A stretch of DNA of 64,000 nucleotides. Source: Nostoc sp. DedSLP01. Lineage in GTDB: Bacteria > Cyanobacteriota > Cyanobacteriia > Cyanobacteriales > Nostocaceae. The translations under genes were made by a program, and so were the position numbers. Positions within the stretch are counted from its first letter, which is position 1. Each line of letters begins with the position of its first letter. Where the stretch lies: assembly GCA_034530875.2 (NCBI GenBank), contig JAVRCJ020000010.1, forward strand, positions 160,001 to 224,000, written 5' to 3'. This document shows, piece after piece, positions 57,975 to 64,000 of the stretch. Under the pieces are notes generated by a model. That model searched no databases. It was given only the letters and a program-made list of their open reading frames with translations, and was not told the origin of the DNA.

Positions 57975-60230
57975 TTATAAAAGTGTAACTCGCTGATGCG
58001 ATTGTTCTATAACTTTGATGGCGGGTTCAGGAGCTTTTTGTCGGATAGGTACTTGAATTATGAAATTAGTGCCTTGGCCAAGATTAGAAAAACATTGCAA
58101 TTTTCCACCATGTTTTTCTGTAATAATTTGGTAGCTGATTGCCATACCCATACCTGTTCCTTTGCCTACAGGTTTGGTAGTAAAAAATGGGTCGAAGATT
58201 CGGTTTTGAACTGATTCTGGCATTCCTTGTGCGTTATCAGCGATCGCAATTTGTATGGATTGCGAATCAACTACTGAAGTGTGGATAGTAATTTGACTGG
58301 GATTTTCCTCTATTTGTTGAGAGGTGCGCTTGACGTCTAATTCATCAAGGGCATCCATTGCATTTACCAAAATATTCATAAATACTTGGTTGAGTTGACC
58401 AGGATAACATTCTACTTGCGGCAAGTTCCCATAATCTCGAATAATTTGAATTGCGGGACGGTCTGGTTTCTCTTTAAGTCGATGTTGCAGAATTAAGAGC
58501 GTACTTTCGATGCCTTCATGAATATCAACTGTTTTAAATTCGGCTTCATCCATGCGCGAAAAATTCCGCAGCGATCGCACAATATTACGAATTCTCTCAG
58601 TCCCCATTTTCATCGAAGATAGCATCTTCTGTAAATCTTGAATGAGAAATTCTAAATCAATTTCCTCTGCTAATGCTTGAATTTCTGGGTCATCACTACA
58701 ATGGCGTTCTTGGTAAAGATAAATCATCTGCAACAAGTTTTGAGTATATTCATCCAAGTGAGTAATATTGCCGTGAATAAAGTTGACTGGGTTATTGATT
58801 TCATGGGCAATACCTGCTACTAATTGACCCAGACTAGACATTTTTTCACTTTGAACTACTTGTGCTTGGGTACGCTGCAATTCACTTAAGGCTGTTTTGA
58901 GTTCAACAGTCCGTTCTTCGACTCGCGCTTCTAGTTCGGCATTACTATTTTCTAAAGCAATGAAAGATTCGTGCAATTGCCCAGCCATGTGATTAAAAGA
59001 GTGGGCTAGAGTATTGAGTTCGTGAATATTGCTTTCTTCGAGTGTCTGTTGTAAATCGCCAAATGCTATTGCTTGGGTAGTCTGATTCAAACGCAAGATA
59101 GGACGTGCAATCAAGCGCGAGGTCAAAATGCCGATCGCTGTTGCTACTATCAGCGCCCCAAAACAAAGCAGGGTACTAATTTGGGTGTTGGCATGAATTT
59201 GCGCCATGTAAGTTTTTTCTGGAATACCAACTACCACTAACCAGTCCAAACCATATTCATCGCGCCAAGGTACAACATGCACGTAGAAATTTTCTCCTTG
59301 AACGTTAACTTTCAGTTTTTGGGTATTGGTAATAGACCGGAAATTTGGAATGTGCTGCTGAAGGTGCTTGGCAATACTTTGTACCGCCTGATTCGGACTC
59401 TCCATCGCTTTGAGGCGTTTAATTTCTTTATTGGCTACAGTAAAAGGCTTTTCTTGAGCAGAATTGGCAACTAACATACCATCGCGCTCCATAATAAAAA
59501 CTTGTCCGAAGCGACTGACATCTAATTTTTGTAAAAATTCGCTGAGTTTCAATAGGTGAATTTCAGCCCCCACAACACCAATCAGTTTTTTGCTGGCGTC
59601 ATAAATCGGACGACCTGCCGATGCGACAATATAAGGAGGATAAGCAGGATCGTAATAAGTATAAATGCGAACCCAGATAGGTTTTCCTGCTTTCACAGGT
59701 TCAGTGTAGGCAGGTTCATTGACAGTATCCCACGTACTGGTTGTCAAAACTTTAGTTGGGTTGCCATCATTATCTGTTAAGTAAGTTTTCGTATTTATTG
59801 GCTGGCTTGGCGTTTTAATCGCGTTATCATCGATTGTCACTGTCTTGCCATCGTAACGGCCGGCTCCGGTACCTTCACCGGTTGCGAGGTTCAAGCTGAT
59901 AAAAGTGAGGTCATAGGCTTGCATTTCGTGCCAGAAGTACTTGCCAACCTTGAGGCGATCGCGCACATTCAACAATCCCATACGAATTGCATCTGCATTT
60001 AACTGGGTAACTTTATGCGGAATTGACAAGTAAGCATCTAAATGTTGATTTACCTCACCACTAGTTCGCTCCATCAACCGATCCGCTAGATTGTTTACCG
60101 CTTTCTCGCCATTTTTAAATGACAGATACCCAACTAGCCCTACCATGCAAAAAACCTGCAATACAAAAGGAACGACTAGAACAAGCTGTAATGAAAATGC
60201 CCGGATTTTACTAGATAGATGTATATTCAT
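57975..60230 (-). CDS. Membrane sensor histidine kinase (Cache-like, HAMP, HisKA, HATPase)
   Basis: Two TM helices, IAHEINNP, QVFMNILVNA, FDPFFTTKPVGKGTGMG. Confidence 0.92.
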   Translation of the reverse strand: MNIHLSSKIRAFSLQLVLVVPFVLQVFCMVGLVGYLSFKNGEKAVNNLADRLMERTSGEVNQHLDAYLSIPHKVTQLNADAIRMGLLNVRDRLKVGKYFWHEMQAYDLTFISLNLATGEGTGAGRYDGKTVTIDDNAIKTPSQPINTKTYLTDNDGNPTKVLTTSTWDTVNEPAYTEPVKAGKPIWVRIYTYYDPAYPPYIVASAGRPIYDASKKLIGVVGAEIHLLKLSEFLQKLDVSRFGQVFIMERDGMLVANSAQEKPFTVANKEIKRLKAMESPNQAVQSIAKHLQQHIPNFRSITNTQKLKVNVQGENFYVHVVPWRDEYGLDWLVVVGIPEKTYMAQIHANTQISTLLCFGALIVATAIGILTSRLIARPILRLNQTTQAIAFGDLQQTLEESNIHELNTLAHSFNHMAGQLHESFIALENSNAELEARVEERTVELKTALSELQRTQAQVVQSEKMSSLGQLVAGIAHEINNPVNFIHGNITHLDEYTQNLLQMIYLYQERHCSDDPEIQALAEEIDLEFLIQDLQKMLSSMKMGTERIRNIVRSLRNFSRMDEAEFKTVDIHEGIESTLLILQHRLKEKPDRPAIQIIRDYGNLPQVECYPGQLNQVFMNILVNAMDALDELDVKRTSQQIEENPSQITIHTSVVDSQSIQIAIADNAQGMPESVQNRIFDPFFTTKPVGKGTGMGMAISYQIITEKHGGKLQCFSNLGQGTNFIIQVPIRQKAPEPAIKVIEQSHQRVTLL

Positions 60231-60402
60231 CAGTGGTAAATCTTGGTTATTATAAGTCTTTGCTTAACCTAGATTACCCATCAGTAACTTTGGACTACCA
60301 AAATAATATTTTGTTTGATTAAGCAGGCAATAAGTATGAGAAAATATCTCTGTTTGCAACTCTTCAACTAATTGCTGTTGAATTTCAGCGGCTAATTTAA
60401 CA

Positions 60403-60482
60403 TCTTTACAAGAATTTCATTTTGGAAATTTTTTAATCAAATTAATCGTTAAACCTACTATTCTTTACAAGAATTTCATTTT
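60403..60482. repeat. Perfect 21 bp direct repeat, two copies
   Basis: TCTTTACAAGAATTTCATTTT at 60403-60423 and 60462-60482. Confidence 0.85.
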
Positions 60483-60689
60483 TTAACTAGTTCAAATTTA
60501 GGCTATTTTTTTGGTAAAAACACTAATTTTTATCAATCTCATTATTTAGTTATTTTCAGTGCCCTCACTCAAGTTTTATCAAGTTATGGGCGTTATTCTG
60601 GCCATAGAAAATGCCAATTGCACTTAATTAATAGGAAGCTTTAAGGCAAAATTGGCATTCTGTAAATCTATAAAAAGGAATAGATTTTT

Positions 60690-61412
60690 ATGGAATTTAA
60701 TCACTTAACAAAGCAGCTGAGTCAACTGCTAGTTCAGGATTACCTAGCATTTAGTATTACAAAAAATCCTGTTGTCCAAATTCTGAGTCAAGCAAGTTTT
60801 GCTCAGATTGCTCATGTCATGCAGCAATATTCCATTTTTCCCAAGGAGTTGGTAGGTTTTACAGAGTTAGCAAGACGGAAAGCGCTGGTATCAGGATGGA
60901 ACGGTGTAGCTCAGGAACTCCAAGAAAACATAGATGAAGAGATGGGTAGCACTAGTCAAGGAATCTCTCATTACAGACTTTTAGCTGACGGACTGGAAGA
61001 AGGACTGGGTATTGCTGTCAAGAACACAATGCCATCAGTTGCTACATCCAAACTGCTAAGAACTGTGCAATCGCTATTCGACGGACAAGTAGACTATGTA
61101 CTTGGGGCAACCTATGCCATTGAGGCAACCTCAATTCCTGAGTTGACTCTGATTGTGCAACTTATAGAGTGGTTGCTCGAAGGAGCAATGCCCAAAGATT
61201 TGCAATATTTTTTTAGCAAGCATTTGGATGAGTGGGAACTCGAACATGAAGCGGGTTTGAGAACATCTCTAGCAGCATATATACAACCCGAACAATTTGC
61301 AGACTTTGCAGCAGGGTTTACGGCAATGATAGATGCGATGGAGATGTGGTGGCAGGAATTAGCACAAGAGGCAATCTCATCTGGGGTTGTTCTGAGTAAA
61401 GCGATCGCTTAA
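60690..61412 (+). CDS. Heme-oxygenase-like (CADD/PqqC-fold, DUF3865-type) putative diiron enzyme
   Basis: Helical protein with ENIDEEMG..SHY, YAIEAT, FFSKHLDEWELEH ligand pattern. Confidence 0.75.
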   Translation: MEFNHLTKQLSQLLVQDYLAFSITKNPVVQILSQASFAQIAHVMQQYSIFPKELVGFTELARRKALVSGWNGVAQELQENIDEEMGSTSQGISHYRLLADGLEEGLGIAVKNTMPSVATSKLLRTVQSLFDGQVDYVLGATYAIEATSIPELTLIVQLIEWLLEGAMPKDLQYFFSKHLDEWELEHEAGLRTSLAAYIQPEQFADFAAGFTAMIDAMEMWWQELAQEAISSGVVLSKAIA

Positions 61413-61440
61413 TAGCACTGATTAAATAGAATTTAACATT

Positions 61441-62547
61441 ATGATTTCGATCCATCCTTCATTTCTCGATCGCACTTCTAGTATCGAACCACCAAAATTC
61501 GGACTACCTGGGGATTACTACTTTAGCGATCGAATTTTTGCTTACGAACAGCAAACTATCTGGCGTAATACCTGGCAGTTTGTAGGACGCGAATCCGAAC
61601 TACCTAATCCTGGCGATTATCTCACTTGCAATGTTGGCGAGCAACCCATGTTCGTGATTCGAGATAATAACGGCGAATTACGAGCGATGCACAATGTTTG
61701 TCCGCATCGGGGAGCGCAGATGTTACAAGGGCAAGGTCATTGTCAACGGGTGCGTTGTCCGTATCATGGTTGGAACTTCAATTATGAAGGCAATCTCAAA
61801 GGTTTACCCCGCGCTGATTGTTTTCCGAATTTAGATAAGTCGGGTGTCTATCTAGCCAGCGGACGAGTAGAGACATGGGGCGGCTTTGTGTTTGTTCATC
61901 CAGAAGCAGAAGGGGAATCTTTAGTAAGTTATTTAGCTGGATTTTCAGCTTACTTAGAACAATATCCACATTCTTGGCAGGAACTCCAGCAGGTTGACCG
62001 TTGGTTTTATGAAGAGCCAGCCAACTGGAAATTTCCCATAGAGAATTATTTAGAGTGTTATCACTTATCAGTTGTTCATGCCCAAAGTTTAAAGTGTTTC
62101 GATCCGAAGCATATTATTTACACTCCAACTGGACGACACTATCAGATATTTGTACCGTTTACAGATGATGAACTTGTTAAAGATCACCCCGCTTTTTCCG
62201 GAGAACCAAGCGGACAATCTTACCAGGGCTTCATTTTTCCTAATATGATGGTCAATACTGCAAGAGATAAAGTTTCAGTTTTTCGGCTGACTCCTTTATC
62301 TCCCACAAAAACTAAATTTGAGGTTTTTATTTATCAAACGAAAGCACAGATGGAAGCATTTCCTTACAAACAGGATGAATTTCGACCGGAATTTGAACGG
62401 GTGTTAAATGAAGACTTTGGCGTAGTGCGATCGCTCCAAGCAAGCGTTCATTCCAAAGCTTATGGCGTACTTCAGCTTGCAGACATCGAATATGGAATTT
62501 CTCACTTCCATCAAGTTTTGTCGAAGTATTATAGGAATCCGGTTTGA
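61441..62547 (+). CDS. Rieske non-heme iron oxygenase alpha subunit (choline monooxygenase/CntA-like group)
   Basis: CPHRG...CPYHGW Rieske motif, NWK...ENYLECYHLSVVH, distal NEDF. Confidence 0.9.
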   Translation: MISIHPSFLDRTSSIEPPKFGLPGDYYFSDRIFAYEQQTIWRNTWQFVGRESELPNPGDYLTCNVGEQPMFVIRDNNGELRAMHNVCPHRGAQMLQGQGHCQRVRCPYHGWNFNYEGNLKGLPRADCFPNLDKSGVYLASGRVETWGGFVFVHPEAEGESLVSYLAGFSAYLEQYPHSWQELQQVDRWFYEEPANWKFPIENYLECYHLSVVHAQSLKCFDPKHIIYTPTGRHYQIFVPFTDDELVKDHPAFSGEPSGQSYQGFIFPNMMVNTARDKVSVFRLTPLSPTKTKFEVFIYQTKAQMEAFPYKQDEFRPEFERVLNEDFGVVRSLQASVHSKAYGVLQLADIEYGISHFHQVLSKYYRNPV

Positions 62548-62750
62548 TTTGGAGAATTTATTTGTGTAGACAGGGAGTAGGGAATGGGGAGTAGGGAGTA
62601 GGAAAGAGTGATTTTTGGGTGTACGGATTTTTTTCACCAAATCAAATATGAGTCCTATATTGTCTAAGAGTATCACAAATAATTTGACGATATTTCTCTA
62701 ATTTATCCATTTTCAAATCACCTCAGAGTTTGGTTCAAAAACAATTAATT

Positions 62751-62906
62751 TAACGTGAATTCGACGAACCTCTCCCTGCCTTGAACTAGTGTTCAAGTCT
62801 GTCCCTCTCTGAATCGGAGAGGGACGGTTTTACTACGTAAAACCAGGGAGAGGTTTTTTATTTGGCTAATTAGGCGGACACTATATAAACCGTCGAATTC
62901 ACGTTA
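62751..62906. mobile_element. 156 bp MITE-like element with perfect 16 bp TIR
   Basis: TAACGTGAATTCGACG ... CGTCGAATTCACGTTA, with several internal stem-loops. Confidence 0.8.
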
Positions 62907-63011
62907 ATTTAATTAGTTTTTTTTGTAATAAAACTTTGCCAATCGCCCTTTCTGAAATTACAGCGAAATCGCCCTTGCTCAAATCATTCAATCACGCCAG
63001 TTTTGCCACAA

Positions 63012-64000
63012 TCAAGCATCAAAATCTGTCTTTCCCATGCCCCATGCCCAATGCCCCATGCCCCATGCCCCATGCCCCATGCCAATATCGTCGCATATAC
63101 GCTTATCGCTTTCATTCACATTGGGGTTATTTTGCAAATAATCGCGCACCCAAGCACAACCCTTAACCATTAGATCGTTTAAATTCAGATTCCACAGCTT
63201 CACCGTGTTGTCATCACTTGCAGAGGCAATAATTTGACCGTCGGGGCTAAATGCCACGCCCCTAACCGAACTGCTATGACCTTCTAATCGGTTACGTTCT
63301 TTAACTCCATAAACTACCTGCTGGAGTGTGGCTACTGCCAAAACGCGGGTATCTGGTTCTACATTTTTATCTGGAGTTTTAAGTCGTTTTCCTACCTTCA
63401 AGCCTGCTACTAAAGCCTCAAGTTCTAAATTTGATGCCATCAGGTTTTGTGATTTGAGACTATCAGCGAGAATTTCCGCATTGGTTCGGCGTTTTTCTGC
63501 GTCGGCTTTAGCGACAATTGCTTGCTGTTGTTGATTTTGAGCAATGTTTCGCTGTTTTTCGGCTTCTGCTTGTCTTTGTCTGGCTAGTTGTTCAGCCATT
63601 TTGGTTTTATCGAGTGCATTTGCTAACTTTTTTCCCCTTTCTTCAGCTAATTTTTGTGCAGATTTTGCTTGGTCTTCTCCTTTTTTAGCTCTTGCACTCT
63701 GTTTATTAGCAATGCGCTTTTGCTTTTCTGCCTCCCGGCGTTGTTCCTCTGCTTTTTTTTGCTGGTTCTCAGCATTTTTAGTTTGACGGTCTGCTTCTTG
63801 TCGCTGTGTTTGTTCTCTTTTCAGGGCATCTTGGGCAATGAGACGTTGCTCTTTTTCACTGTCGAGGGCATTCTGTACAATGAGATTTTGGTTGTAAATA
63901 TACCAAGCGACTGCCGTTGATAATGTCGAAAACACTAGCATTACAATCACATAAGGCAGTGCAGGTTTGAGACGCTCCCACCTATCCCGCAAGTTAAACG
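63012..64000 (-). CDS. C-terminal part of TM/coiled-coil protein with a single WD40 repeat (partial)
   Basis: Frame open to right edge. TM helix, Q/E/K/A coiled coil, one [15 protein letters not shown]...VKLW repeat, GCAWVRDYL cap. Confidence 0.75.
   Translation of the reverse strand, partial: FNLRDRWERLKPALPYVIVMLVFSTLSTAVAWYIYNQNLIVQNALDSEKEQRLIAQDALKREQTQRQEADRQTKNAENQQKKAEEQRREAEKQKRIANKQSARAKKGEDQAKSAQKLAEERGKKLANALDKTKMAEQLARQRQAEAEKQRNIAQNQQQQAIVAKADAEKRRTNAEILADSLKSQNLMASNLELEALVAGLKVGKRLKTPDKNVEPDTRVLAVATLQQVVYGVKERNRLEGHSSSVRGVAFSPDGQIIASASDDNTVKLWNLNLNDLMVKGCAWVRDYLQNNPNVNESDKRICDDIGMGHGAWGMGHWAWGMGKTDFDA
63034..63083. repeat. Heptamer tandem repeat (CCCATGC)x7 inside the 3' end of the CDS
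   Basis: Seen directly; translates as [17 protein letters not shown]. Confidence 0.9.

Noticed and set aside
60403..60482. Minimal CRISPR array
   Set aside because: Only two 21 bp non-palindromic repeats and no cas genes in the window
1221..62433. Recurrent GCGATCGC palindromes
   Set aside because: Ordinary cyanobacterial HIP1; indicates host lineage only
1099..63920. Many 60-175 aa antisense or alternate-frame ORFs
   Set aside because: Shadows of long well-supported genes, with no recognisable motifs

Overview
Filamentous, Nostoc-like cyanobacterial DNA (frequent HIP1 GCGATCGC octamers, heptamer tandem repeats, AMIN-domain TonB receptor). Bases 1-42361 are one minus-strand hybrid NRPS/PKS cluster that runs off the left edge, with no thioesterase in view. 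It is divergent from a TonB receptor and siderophore-binding protein, and is followed by an ABC exporter, FecCDE-type importer, PvdQ-like acylase and FetAB-like pair, with Fur-like boxes. This points to a lipopeptide metallophore. Hand-read A-domain codes give acyl-D-Ala-(hydroxy)Pro-Gly-(beta-OH)Asn-ketide-Dab-ketide-ketide-..., which I do not recognise as a known cyanobacterial siderophore and which has no classical catechol, hydroxamate or beta-OH-Asp signature here. Notable features are a repeated 'C domain / hydroxylase / dead C domain' layout, a dead AT and a deleted E domain. The right end holds mtnP, a sensor kinase, an uncharacterised heme-oxygenase-like diiron enzyme plus Rieske oxygenase pair, three MITE-like elements and a gene with one residual WD40 repeat. 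All assignments are by eye, without database searches.
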